From positions 95,832-159,831 of the forward strand of contig CAZZHK010000004.1 of NCBI GenBank assembly GCA_964653725.1: 64,000 nucleotides of DNA, in the 5' to 3' direction. The stretch is from an uncultured Planctomycetales bacterium (GTDB taxonomy: Bacteria; Planctomycetota; UBA1135; CAZZHK01). Of the stretch, positions 41,005 through 52,588 are shown piece by piece. The first letter of the stretch is position 1. Every line of letters starts with the position of its first letter. A program made the translations under genes and the position numbers. The notes under the pieces were generated by a model. The model searched no databases. It saw nothing but the letters and a program-made list of their open reading frames with translations, and was not told where the DNA came from.

Positions 41005-41508
41005 TCAGGAGCGCACAGCCTCGGCAACCAGCGAGAGCAGGCCCTCGGCGGAGGCGACGCGGATCTGTCCCCGGTCCTCGAGGCCGGTCAGGTCGAGGAG
41101 GCGCGCCTGGCAGGACAGGCCGCTGGTCACCGCCACCCAGACGGTGCCGACCGGCTTGCCCGGCGTGCCGCCCGAGGGGCCCGCGACGCCTGTGACGGCG
41201 GCCCCGATATCGGCGTCCAGGCGGGCCGCCGCGCCCTCGGCAAGGGCCACCGCGACCTCCTCGCTGACCGAGCCGTGCCGGTCGATCAGGTCACTGCGAA
41301 CGCCGGCCAGCTCGCACTTGGCCGCGTCCGCATAGGCCACGACGCCGCCCCGATAGACCGCGGAGATGCCCGGCACGCTGACCAGTGCGGCGGACACCAG
41401 GCCTCCGGTGCAGGACTCGGCAAGGGCCAGGGTGCGGCCGGATTCCAGCAGCGCCATGCCGGCCTCGGCGGCCGCGCGGGAGAGGGCGTCAGCGGCGGGG
41501 TCGGTCAT
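41005..41508 (-). CDS. pncC: CinA C-terminal domain protein / nicotinamide mononucleotide deamidase
   Basis: LALAESCTGGL, PG.S....GGVVAY, HGSVS, TGVAGPSGG..KPVGTV. Confidence 0.9.
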   Translation of the reverse strand: MTDPAADALSRAAAEAGMALLESGRTLALAESCTGGLVSAALVSVPGISAVYRGGVVAYADAAKCELAGVRSDLIDRHGSVSEEVAVALAEGAAARLDADIGAAVTGVAGPSGGTPGKPVGTVWVAVTSGLSCQARLLDLTGLEDRGQIRVASAEGLLSLVAEAVRS

Positions 41509-42527
41509 CAGACGCTGAACCTCACGTGCAGGATGTCGCCGTCGGAGACGACCGCGGTGCGCTCCTCGAGGCGGATCACGCCGGCCGCCTTGGCCTCGCG
41601 TTCGCCGCCGGCGGCGGCCATCTGCTCCCAGGTGCACATCTCGGCACGGATGAAGCCGCGTGCCAGGTCCGAGTGGATCTCGCCGGCCGCCTCGACTGCG
41701 GTCGCGCCTGCCGCCACCGGCCAGGCGCGGACCTCGTCCTCGCCGACGGTGAAGAAGCAGATCAGACCCAGCGCCCCCAGGGACGCTCGCACGAGCCGGT
41801 CCACCGCAGGCTCGTCCAGGCCGAAGCCTGCCAGGAATTCGGCCCGCTCCGCATCAGCGGCCTCCAGCCCGGCGATCTCCGCCTCGATCTCCAGGCACAG
41901 CGCGACCGCGCCCGGCACACCCGCGTCCTCGGCGGTGGTGGCCGGATCCGATGTGTTCACCACCACGATGCGCGGCTTCTCGGTCAGGAAGCGGAAGCCG
42001 GACAGTGCCTTGCGCTCTTCCGCGCTCATTTCGACCTCGCTGACCGGGCGCAGGTCCGCCTCCATGGCGCCGTGGATGCGCTCCAGCACCGCCGTCTCGC
42101 GCTCCTCGTCGGCGCGCTCGGACTTGGCCGTCTTGGAGTGGCGCAGGCGCTCCAGCCGCCCGCTCAGGACCTCGAAGTCGGCCAGCAGGAACTCCTCCTC
42201 CAGTCCGGCCAGGGTGGCGGCGGGATCGTCCGTCCCGGTGAACGCGTCCAGGACGATCACCAGGGCGTCCGCGTCCCGGACGCGGCCCACGCGCTCCGCC
42301 TTGCCCGCTGCGCCGTCACCCTCGGGCAACCCGGGCAGGTCCAGGTACTCGGCGCGCGCTGGCGTGAACTTCTTGGGCCGGAACAGGTCGCGCATCGCCT
42401 CCAGGCGCGGATCGCGGACCGGCGTCGAAACCCGGGCCTCGCCGCCCGCCGGATCGGGCGTTCCGCCGAGCGCCGTCAGCAGCGTGCTGCGGCCCGCGAA
42501 GGGACGGCCGACCAGGCCGAGTTTCAT
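41508..42527 (-). CDS. YchF-like protein (DUF933/TGS C-terminus) with degenerate P-loop
   Basis: MKLGLVG.P..GRSTL, DPRL, DLPGL, FFTVGEDEVRAW, AAGEIHSDLARGFIRAE, DGDI..RFSV. Confidence 0.85.
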   Translation of the reverse strand: MKLGLVGRPFAGRSTLLTALGGTPDPAGGEARVSTPVRDPRLEAMRDLFRPKKFTPARAEYLDLPGLPEGDGAAGKAERVGRVRDADALVIVLDAFTGTDDPAATLAGLEEEFLLADFEVLSGRLERLRHSKTAKSERADEERETAVLERIHGAMEADLRPVSEVEMSAEERKALSGFRFLTEKPRIVVVNTSDPATTAEDAGVPGAVALCLEIEAEIAGLEAADAERAEFLAGFGLDEPAVDRLVRASLGALGLICFFTVGEDEVRAWPVAAGATAVEAAGEIHSDLARGFIRAEMCTWEQMAAAGGEREAKAAGVIRLEERTAVVSDGDILHVRFSV

Positions 42528-43291
42528 GCCGTCGCCTGTTCCTGCGCCGTGCGCTTGCGGTCCGCCAGCACCGACAGCCAGATGCCGAGTTCGTAGAGCA
42601 GCAGCATGGGGATGCCCATCATGACCTGCGTCACCACGTCCGGCGGCGTCAGCATCGCAGCGAGCAGGAAGGCTCCGGCGATGAAGTAGCGGCGGCCGGT
42701 CTTCCAGGCTTTCGGCCCCACCATGCCGACCCGGCTCAGGACCTGCATCACGACCGGGATCTGGAACACGATGCCGAGCGCCAGGGTCAGCGACACGAAC
42801 AGGCTGAAGTACTCCGCCAGCTTCGGCGTGTAGGTCAGCAGCCCGGCGCGGATCAGGTCCTCGCTCATCATGGTCAGCATCCGCAGACCGAACGGGATGA
42901 ACACGAAGTAGCCGAAAGACACCGCGCCGGCCAGCAGCACCAGGCTGAGCGGCACGAAGCGCAGCACCACCCGGCGCTCCTTGCGGTAGAGGCCGGCTCC
43001 GATGAAGGCCCACATCTGCCAGAGGATCACCGGGCTGGACAGGAACAGCGCCCCGTAGAGCGCCATCCGCAGGTAGTAGAAGACCGGCTCCTGGTAGGAC
43101 AGCGCCTGCAGCGCTTCCGGCATGTGGATGCCCTCGGCAACGAGGGCGGCGGCGGCAGCGCGGTGCGGGCCCATGATCACATCCGAGATCTGGTCGCGGA
43201 AAGCCAGGCAGACGAAGAACGCCGCCGCCAGCGCCAGCACGCACCGGCCGAGCCGCATCCGCAGCTCTTCCAGATGTTCCCCGATCGACAT
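42524..43291 (-). CDS. tatC: Twin-arginine translocase subunit TatC
   Basis: MSIGEHLEELRMRL, Q.W.FI..GLY..ER, FGYF, FQIP, AAMLTPPD..Q....PM.LLYE. Confidence 0.95.
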   Translation of the reverse strand: MSIGEHLEELRMRLGRCVLALAAAFFVCLAFRDQISDVIMGPHRAAAAALVAEGIHMPEALQALSYQEPVFYYLRMALYGALFLSSPVILWQMWAFIGAGLYRKERRVVLRFVPLSLVLLAGAVSFGYFVFIPFGLRMLTMMSEDLIRAGLLTYTPKLAEYFSLFVSLTLALGIVFQIPVVMQVLSRVGMVGPKAWKTGRRYFIAGAFLLAAMLTPPDVVTQVMMGIPMLLLYELGIWLSVLADRKRTAQEQATA

Positions 43292-43325
43292 GCGTCGGGG
43301 ATCCTGTTCGGCAGGGGTCAGGGTG

Positions 43326-44606
43326 CTAGAAGAAGGAGAGGACTTCCTTGATGGCCACAATGCGGACGCCGCGCCGCTGTGCCTGCTGGAACTGCTCCGT
43401 TTCCTCCGCCCGCTTGGCCTCAGCGTCGGGATCCTGGAAGCCCAGGATCAACAGGTCCGTCTCGGGCGTGATGCCCTCCTGAACGACGACGCCGACGGTG
43501 TCGAGCATCGCGGCCAGGGACTGCCGGTCGTAGCGGCCGGAGAAGAACGACTTGTCGTGCAGCACCGCGTAGAGCGTCTGCTCGGGATCGAACAGCGCGT
43601 TGACGATCAGGTCGCCCGAGACGAGCGGATCGAACCGGTCGTCGATGGCCAGGACGCGGACCTCGGAGAAGCGCTCCTGGACCGCCGTCACCTCGATACG
43701 GCCCTTGTGCGGCCGCTCGGGGCCGGAGCCGTAGACGTCGAACTTCATGCCGCGGCGCACCCGGTGCGGTGTGCCGAGGTCGATGTAGGCCAGCGGCAGC
43801 TTTTCGCTGACCGATAGTATCTCGCCGTCCACGTTGTCCGGCTCCTTCTGCCATTCGAGCTTCCGCGACAGCGCGGCGATCGTGTTGTTGAAGGTACGAA
43901 CCTCCTCCACGTGGTCGGCCGTCGTCTTGGTGGCGGCCGACTTGTGGGACTGGATCTCGTCCTTGAGCTCACGATTCTGGCGGCGGAGACCTGCGATCTG
44001 GTCCTCGAACTGGCTGGCCTGGCGGGCGGAGTTCTCCTGGGCGTCGCTGATCTCGCGGCGCAGGTCGCCCTTCTCGCGGTCGTTGGTGCTGACCAGCTCG
44101 CTCTTGTCGCGCAACGCCTGGCTGAGCTCGCTCTCGAGGTCGGCCACGCGTGTCTGCAGGGTGCGCTGGGAGGTTCTCAGGCCGGACAGGGCGACGGAAA
44201 CCACCGGGACAGCCCCTTCCAGGGTGTTCACGCTGGCGCCCAGCCCGCCGGCTCCGGCACTGTCCAGCGCGTCGCCGATCGTGGCCAGAGCGGTCTTGGC
44301 CCCATCGGGGTTGCTGTAGGACCGCACGTCGGTCTTGTCGGCCTGGAAGCCCATCGCCTCCGTGATGGCCCCCAGCTCGTTGTTCAGGAGCACGATGCGG
44401 CCGGTCGTGGGGTCGGTGTAGGTGACCAGTTCGGTCTCGGCCACGATCGCGCGCTGCTCCATCTTGGTGGCTTCGTCCGCCATCAGGAAAGACGCTCCGA
44501 TGGCCACCAGCAGAAGGACCAGAAGGACGATCGGCCAGAGGATGTTCACGGCGGCCGCGCCGGACTGGCTGGAGAACGGTGCGCTGCGGTTGGATCTGAG
44601 GGTCAT
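43326..44606 (-). CDS. Membrane-anchored coiled-coil protein with a beta domain and C-terminal BRCT-like domain
   Basis: Single N-terminal TM; long heptad region; IDLG....V..GM.F.V...G.IEV..V...S beta domain; R..L..ML...G..V...I...TD.LILG..AQ..GV.I BRCT pattern. Confidence 0.7.
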   Translation of the reverse strand: MTLRSNRSAPFSSQSGAAAVNILWPIVLLVLLLVAIGASFLMADEATKMEQRAIVAETELVTYTDPTTGRIVLLNNELGAITEAMGFQADKTDVRSYSNPDGAKTALATIGDALDSAGAGGLGASVNTLEGAVPVVSVALSGLRTSQRTLQTRVADLESELSQALRDKSELVSTNDREKGDLRREISDAQENSARQASQFEDQIAGLRRQNRELKDEIQSHKSAATKTTADHVEEVRTFNNTIAALSRKLEWQKEPDNVDGEILSVSEKLPLAYIDLGTPHRVRRGMKFDVYGSGPERPHKGRIEVTAVQERFSEVRVLAIDDRFDPLVSGDLIVNALFDPEQTLYAVLHDKSFFSGRYDRQSLAAMLDTVGVVVQEGITPETDLLILGFQDPDAEAKRAEETEQFQQAQRRGVRIVAIKEVLSFF

Positions 44607-44643
44607 GGGTTTCACTTGTGGGGTCTCTCGATGCTCCGTACCC

Positions 44644-44676
44644 CGTGTCCTCGACACGTTAGGTGTCCTAGACACG
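44644..44676. promoter_or_regulatory. Tandem palindromic operator-like sites GTGTC-N3-GACAC x2
   Basis: CGTGTCCTCGACACG (44644-44658) and GGTGTCCTAGACACG (44662-44676), 18-bp period, in the divergent gap before coaE. Confidence 0.45.
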
Positions 44677-44829
44677 CGGGACGCGCTGGTCACGGCCCCC
44701 CATCGTCGCCGTCCGGCGCCGAGGGTCAAGGGGGCAGTCCGATTGCCCTCGCCGGGCCTGATTCAGGCTAATGTGGGAGCTTGGCGGGCATCTCCCAGGC
44801 CCGCGCGCCGCTCGGCGCAACCTGTTTCC

Positions 44830-45405
44830 ATGCCCTCCCCCCCTGTCATCGGCCTCCTGGGCGGCGTTGCCGCGGGCAAATCCACCGCCGCGGCCTGCCT
44901 GGCGCGGCGCGGCGCTCACATTCTGGACGCGGACGCCTACGCCGCCGAGGCCCTGGCGGCCTCTGCGGACCGGGTGGAGGAGGCCCTCGGCACAATCGAC
45001 CGCGAGGAACTCGCCGAAATCGTGTTCCGCGACGAGCACGCCCGAGGAACGCTGGAGTCGATCCTCCACCCGCTCGTCCGCGCGGCCCTGGAGGCCGACC
45101 TGGCAGGCATCCGCACGGGCGCCACGGCGGTCCTGGATGTTCCCCTCCTGCTGGAGCGCGGCTTGATCGAGCGCTGCGACAGGGTCATCTTCGTGGACGC
45201 GCCAGAGGCGGCCCGGCGCGAGCGCTCAGGCGCCCGTGGATGGACCGCGGACGACTGGGCGCGCCGCGAGTCGGCGCAGGCCGACCTGGCGACCAAGCGA
45301 GAGGCGGCCACCCATGTGGTCGCCAACGACGGATCTCCCGAGGACCTGGACCGCCGCATCGGCGAGATCTGGGACCACTGGCAAGCAGAGGACAACCACG
45401 AGTGA
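44830..45405 (+). CDS. coaE: Dephospho-CoA kinase
   Basis: IGLLGGVAAGKS, DAD, IDR..LA..VF, LE.ILHP.V, DVPLL.E. Confidence 0.92.
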   Translation: MPSPPVIGLLGGVAAGKSTAAACLARRGAHILDADAYAAEALAASADRVEEALGTIDREELAEIVFRDEHARGTLESILHPLVRAALEADLAGIRTGATAVLDVPLLLERGLIERCDRVIFVDAPEAARRERSGARGWTADDWARRESAQADLATKREAATHVVANDGSPEDLDRRIGEIWDHWQAEDNHE

Positions 45406-46712
45406 CTGCCACAGAGACCGACAGCAACACCGACGCGATGCCGGATTTCTCCCCGGAGACATCCCTGCGCGCCATCCAGGCGCTCGACCTGCCTGAACTG
45501 ATCGAGGCAGCCGAGGCTGAGGGGCTCGAGGACGCACGTGGCCGCGACCGTGACGGTCTGGTCCACGAGATCCTGATGCGCCGGGTGGAGCGGCTGGGCG
45601 GTGTCTGGGGGCACGGCGTCCTGGAGATCCTGCCCGACGGCTTCGGCTTCCTGCGGTCGGTCGAGAACTCGTTCACGCCCTCCTACGACGACATCTACGT
45701 GTCCCCCACCCAGGTGCGGCGCTCCGGCCCCCGGCCCGGCCACGGGATCCTCGGCCCGGCCCGGCCCGCCAATCCCGGCGAGAAGTATGCGGCGCTCGCC
45801 CGCATCGACGAGGTCGGAGGCCGCGACCCCGAGGAGCTGTCGGCGCGGACGCCGTTCGAGGGCCTGACCCCCGTCTATCCGAGCGAGCGCCTTCTGCTCG
45901 AGCATCACGAAGGCACGACGGAGATGCGCGTGATGGACCTGCTGACGCCCGTCGGCATGGGACAGCGCGGCTTGATCACCAGCCCGCCCAGGGCCGGCAA
46001 GACGATCCTGCTCAAGCAGCTGGGCCAGGCCATCCTGCACAATCACCCCGACGTGCACCTGATCGTCCTGCTGGTGGACGAGCGCCCCGAGGAGGTCACG
46101 GACATGGTCCGGTCCCTGGGCGGGGAGATCATCAGTTCGTGCTTCGACGAGGCCGGTCGCCGCCATATCCAGGTCGCGGACCTGGTCCTGGAGCGCGCCA
46201 AGCGGCTGGTGGAGAGCGGCCGGGACGTGGTCATCCTGCTGGACTCGATCACCCGCCTGGCGCGCGCCAACAACTCGGAGACCCCCCACAGCGGCAAGAT
46301 CCTGTCGGGCGGCCTCGACGCCGGCGCCCTGCTGCGCCCCAAGCGGTTCTTCGGTTCGGCCCGCAACACCGAGGAGGCAGGCTCGCTCACCATCATCGGC
46401 ACCGCCCTGGTCGAAACCGGCTCCAGGATGGACGAGGTGATCTTCGAGGAGTTCAAGGGCACGGGAAACATGGAGCTGGTCCTGGACCGGCAGCTGGCGG
46501 ACCGCCGCCTGTTCCCCGCGATCGACATTGCGCTCTCCGGCACCCGCAAGGAGGACCTGCTCTACACGCCGGAGGAACTCGCCGTGGTGACCGACCTGCA
46601 CCGGCTGCTCACCTCGATCAGCGATCCGGTCGAGGCGCTGGAGACCCTGCTGAAGAAGATCGACAAGACGGGCTCCAACGCCGAGCTGCTGCTGGACCTG
46701 CACAACGACTGA
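45402..46712 (+). CDS. rho: Transcription termination factor Rho
   Basis: [65 protein letters not shown]. Confidence 0.96.
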   Translation: MTATETDSNTDAMPDFSPETSLRAIQALDLPELIEAAEAEGLEDARGRDRDGLVHEILMRRVERLGGVWGHGVLEILPDGFGFLRSVENSFTPSYDDIYVSPTQVRRSGPRPGHGILGPARPANPGEKYAALARIDEVGGRDPEELSARTPFEGLTPVYPSERLLLEHHEGTTEMRVMDLLTPVGMGQRGLITSPPRAGKTILLKQLGQAILHNHPDVHLIVLLVDERPEEVTDMVRSLGGEIISSCFDEAGRRHIQVADLVLERAKRLVESGRDVVILLDSITRLARANNSETPHSGKILSGGLDAGALLRPKRFFGSARNTEEAGSLTIIGTALVETGSRMDEVIFEEFKGTGNMELVLDRQLADRRLFPAIDIALSGTRKEDLLYTPEELAVVTDLHRLLTSISDPVEALETLLKKIDKTGSNAELLLDLHND

Positions 46713-46811
46713 CGGGGGATTCGGGGATTGACGCGGCAGGCGGAAGAGGTGGAAGATGGGGGGCTCGCAGGGGGACGAGGGGTGCCGGGAAACCGCAGAC
46801 GAGCAGAATTC

Positions 46812-48947
<2,136 letters not shown>

Positions 48948-49052
48948 GTTTCCGGTCTCCTAGGGCTGGATCACGGAGTCCAGGGCGACGAGGCGCGCGA
49001 TCCCCAAGGGCGACATCCGAACCGCCCCTGGTTCCTTGCGGGAAACCCTCTC

Positions 49053-49817
49053 CTATCCCATCCAGGAGCCGTTGTTGAGGTCGAGCGCCTGCCCGGTGAA
49101 GGAGGCGCCCCCTTCCCCGACCAGGAAGGCGACCGCGGCTGCCACCTCCCCGGGGGTTGCCATCTTGCCGAGCGGGACTTCGCGGGAGGCCTCGGCCCAT
49201 GCGCCGTCGCGGTCCGTGTCCATGGCCGTGGCCATCGCGTCCAGCCCCTGCCAGGCCATGTCCGTGTCGACCCAGCCGGGGCAGATCGCGTTGACGCGCG
49301 TCCCGTCCGGGGCCAGTTCCATCGCCAGGGCACGGGTCAAGCCCAGCATGCCCGCCTTCGAGGCACAGTAGGCGGTGTAGCCCGGCACGCCGATGCGGCC
49401 CAGGATCGAGGAGATCATCACGATGTGGCGCGGTTCGGGCCCCGGCGCCCAGCGCCCCAGCGCAGCCCTGCTCACCCGGTAGGCCCCGGTCAGGTTGGTG
49501 TCCAGGATGTCGTCCCATCGGTCCCCTTCACCCCCCGTATTGGGCCCCCCGACCCCCGCGTTGTTGACCAGGACATGGAGGTCGCCCAGGGCGTCGGCCG
49601 CCGCCGCCACGGCCTCCTTCACGGACGCCGCGTCACGCACATCCATGGGCGCCGCCACCGCGCCGATGCGTTTCGCTTCGCTCTCGAGCCGTTCAGCGGC
49701 GCGGCCGCTGATGGCGACGCCGGCGCCGTCGTGGATCAGGCGCTCCGCCACGGCCAGTCCGATGCCTGTGGCCCCGCCGGTCACCAGGCACACCCTTCCG
49801 TCGAGGGCGCCCACCAC
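49053..49817 (-). CDS. SDR family NAD(P)-dependent oxidoreductase
   Basis: TGGATGIG, VNNAG, YCASK, NAICPG.V.T. Confidence 0.92.
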   Translation of the reverse strand: MVGALDGRVCLVTGGATGIGLAVAERLIHDGAGVAISGRAAERLESEAKRIGAVAAPMDVRDAASVKEAVAAAADALGDLHVLVNNAGVGGPNTGGEGDRWDDILDTNLTGAYRVSRAALGRWAPGPEPRHIVMISSILGRIGVPGYTAYCASKAGMLGLTRALAMELAPDGTRVNAICPGWVDTDMAWQGLDAMATAMDTDRDGAWAEASREVPLGKMATPGEVAAAVAFLVGEGGASFTGQALDLNNGSWMG

Positions 49818-50773
49818 TAGTCCTCGAAGACCGGGCCGCGGTGTCCGCCGGACAGGAATGCCTCGGCCTCCAAGGCCGCGGCACAGCCGGAACCGGCAGC
49901 TGTCACCGCCTGGCGCCAGTAGCGGTCCTGGACGTCGCCCGCTGCAAAGACGCCGGGGATGTTCGTGCAGGGGCTGTCCGGTTTCGTGTTGATGAGACCT
50001 GCCTCGTCCAGGTCAAGGACGCCCTCGAACAGTTCGGTGTTCGGGATGTGGCCCAGCGCCAGGAACACGGCGCCGGCATGAAACTCGCCCGCCTCGCCGC
50101 TGTTGACGTTTTCGATGCCCACCCCGGCGACCTTGCCGTCCTCTTCCAGATAGCCGGTCAGGACGGTGTCCCACATGAATTCGATCTTGTCGTTCGCCTG
50201 GGCCCGGTCAGCCATGATCGGGCTGGCGCGAAGGGCGTCGCGGCGGTGGATCACCGTGACCTTGGTCGCGAAGCGCGTCAGGAAGATCGCCTCCTCCATG
50301 GCGCTGTCACCGCCGCCGACGATCACCATCTCCTGGTCCTTGAAGAACGCACCGTCGCAGGTCGCGCACGTGGACAGTCCGTGCCCCATCAGCCGGTCTT
50401 CGCCGTCAAGCCCAAGCAAACGTGGGCTGGAGCCCGTCGAAATGATGACCGTGTCCGCCATGACCTCGCGCCCCGGCGACGCCACCCGATGCGGCGGGCC
50501 GGAAAAGTCGATCTCGGTGACCCGGTCGAACAGGTATTCGGTGCCGAACCGCTCTGCCTGGGCCTTCATCGCCACCATCAGGTCCGGCCCCATGATCCCG
50601 TCGGGGAACCCGGGGTAGTTCTCGACGTCGGTGGTGATGGTCAACAAGCCGCCAGGCATCATCCCCTCGAATACCAGCGGCTCGAGGGCTGAACGGGCGG
50701 CGTAAAGGGCGGCGGTGTGGCCCGCGCACCCCGAACCGATGATCACGACCTTGCGATTCTCTGTTTCAGGCAT
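49817..50773 (-). CDS. trxB: Thioredoxin-disulfide reductase
   Basis: IIGSG.AG.TAA, VENYPGF, CATCDG, GGGDSAMEEA, HRRD, GVFAAGDV, QAVTAAG.GC. Confidence 0.96.
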   Translation of the reverse strand: MPETENRKVVIIGSGCAGHTAALYAARSALEPLVFEGMMPGGLLTITTDVENYPGFPDGIMGPDLMVAMKAQAERFGTEYLFDRVTEIDFSGPPHRVASPGREVMADTVIISTGSSPRLLGLDGEDRLMGHGLSTCATCDGAFFKDQEMVIVGGGDSAMEEAIFLTRFATKVTVIHRRDALRASPIMADRAQANDKIEFMWDTVLTGYLEEDGKVAGVGIENVNSGEAGEFHAGAVFLALGHIPNTELFEGVLDLDEAGLINTKPDSPCTNIPGVFAAGDVQDRYWRQAVTAAGSGCAAALEAEAFLSGGHRGPVFED

Positions 50774-50817
50774 TGGGGGCGAGATCCTATCCCCCCCCGC
50801 ACAAATCCATCCACGCC

Positions 50818-51378
50818 CTAGAGGAGGCGCTCTTCAAGTTGCACATCGGCGCCGTTGTGGTAGCCACGCAGCTCCCAGAACCCGAGGCGGTCTCGCTCAA
50901 GGAATTCGATCCGGCCCAGCCACTTGATCTGCTTCGCCCCATAGCGGGACGGGACAATCATTCGCACCGGGCCGCCGTGCTCATCGGGAACAGGCGCGTC
51001 GTCCAAGCCGTCCGCCACCAGCCCCTCGGCGAGGCAGAGGTCGAGCGGCAGGCTGGTGTCGTGGCCGTCCACAGCGATGAATCGAACGAAACGAGCAGTC
51101 GGATCGACCTTCGCCTGCCCGGCAAGCTCCGCGAACGGGACACCGCGCCACTGGAGGCCGAGGGCGCTCCAGCGTTCCACACAGTGCATGTCCGCGGTGA
51201 CATCCTCGTGCGGCAATCCAGCCAGATCACCGAACGAAAGGTCCAGCGGATGGTCCACGAGGCCGTCCAAAGTGAGCCGCCACGCATTGCGATCCACACG
51301 GGGTGCCCGCCCGGTGGTCGTGACCGGGAAACCGTCCACGGCCCTCTGGCCCGGAGGGAGACGATCTGCAGCGGCCAC
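50818..51378 (-). CDS. Sulfite-oxidase-family molybdopterin-binding protein (short cytoplasmic YuiH/MsrP-like)
   Basis: LPPGQ, W.L.LDGLV, DMHCV..WS, W.GV, EHGGPVR.IVP..YG.K..KW, GFWE.RGYH. Confidence 0.88.
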   Translation of the reverse strand: MAAADRLPPGQRAVDGFPVTTTGRAPRVDRNAWRLTLDGLVDHPLDLSFGDLAGLPHEDVTADMHCVERWSALGLQWRGVPFAELAGQAKVDPTARFVRFIAVDGHDTSLPLDLCLAEGLVADGLDDAPVPDEHGGPVRMIVPSRYGAKQIKWLGRIEFLERDRLGFWELRGYHNGADVQLEERLL

Positions 51379-51513
51379 GCGGCCATCCTAACCATCGACA
51401 GGAAGTGGTCAAAAACAGCCCGCAGCCTTATCCTCTGCCAACAGCGCGGCCCGCCGCGCCGTATCTGCCTGAAGCGGGGGATGTTCCCCGCGACCGCCCC
51501 ACCGAGGAAATTG

Positions 51514-52569
51514 ATGATGAATCGCCTGACCGCCATGGTCCCCGCCACCCTCGTCGCACTGGTTGCGCCGCTGGGCGTGGGCCACAATCTCGCCGAGGAA
51601 TTCAGAACCGGCGACAAGACCGCCCACCGCTTCACGCTCAGCATGGAGGGGGGCCTCGACAACATGGAAATGTCCATGAACGGGGAGTCCTTCCCCATGG
51701 AAATGGACATGGCGATCGCCGGCGAGGCGGAAGTCAACTGGACCGAGGAGGTCCTGCGCACGGACGCCGAAACCGGCAGCCCGACGGCCATCCGGCTCAC
51801 ATTCGGCACACTTCAGCTGGACGGTGAAGCCGAGATGGAAATGTCCATCATGGGCGGCAACGAGAGCGAATCCGAAACGTTCGAGTCCACCGGGCCGCTG
51901 GAGGACGCCATCGTCGAAGTCCGCAGGGATGAGGACGGCGAGATCGTTCGCGAGGTCATCGACGGCAACGACGTAGACGAGGAGATCCTCGAATACCTGG
52001 ATCTGGACAGCCTCTTTGCCGGCCTGCTTCCCGGACGTGACGTCGACATCGACGACTCCTGGGAACTCGAGGACGCGGCCGCCATCGGACGGCTGTTCGC
52101 CGTCTTCGGCCTGGCCATCGATCCCGACGAGATGGGCGACGAAGGGGACTTTCCTGGCAGCGACAGCGACTTCGGCGACATCCTCACAGACAGCCTTACC
52201 TCCGGCCTGGAAATCACCTGCACCCTGATCTCCGTCGAAGACGGCGTTGCCGAAATCTCGATCGAGATCGAGGGCGACCTGAGCCTGGACGACCTGGACA
52301 TCATGGACCTCGCCGGCGAGGACATTCCCGAGGAGATGGGCGACATCGAGATCGACATGGCCCTCTCCGGCAACGTCAGCGCCGAAGGCACCATGAATTG
52401 GTCCCTGGAGCGCAACCGCCTCCAGGATCTGGACCTCTCAGGCGAAATGGGCGTGTCCTACGAGATGAGCACGTTGATGGTGGACCAGGGCATGGAACAG
52501 GAGATGGCCATGGATTTCAGCATGGATCTCGAAATGCACGCCGAATGCGGCGCGCCCTCCGACGACTAG
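51514..52569 (+). CDS. Secreted, extremely acidic, Met-rich hypothetical protein
   Basis: N-terminal signal-like segment, D/E-rich beta-strand pattern, LLP...V...DSWEL motif. Confidence 0.7.
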   Translation: MMNRLTAMVPATLVALVAPLGVGHNLAEEFRTGDKTAHRFTLSMEGGLDNMEMSMNGESFPMEMDMAIAGEAEVNWTEEVLRTDAETGSPTAIRLTFGTLQLDGEAEMEMSIMGGNESESETFESTGPLEDAIVEVRRDEDGEIVREVIDGNDVDEEILEYLDLDSLFAGLLPGRDVDIDDSWELEDAAAIGRLFAVFGLAIDPDEMGDEGDFPGSDSDFGDILTDSLTSGLEITCTLISVEDGVAEISIEIEGDLSLDDLDIMDLAGEDIPEEMGDIEIDMALSGNVSAEGTMNWSLERNRLQDLDLSGEMGVSYEMSTLMVDQGMEQEMAMDFSMDLEMHAECGAPSDD

Positions 52570-52588
52570 TTCGCGGCTCCCGGCCAAC

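Noticed and set aside
48948-49052. Possible small ORF or terminator between fusA and the SDR gene
   Set aside because: No convincing start, motif or U-tailed hairpin; cannot be supported.
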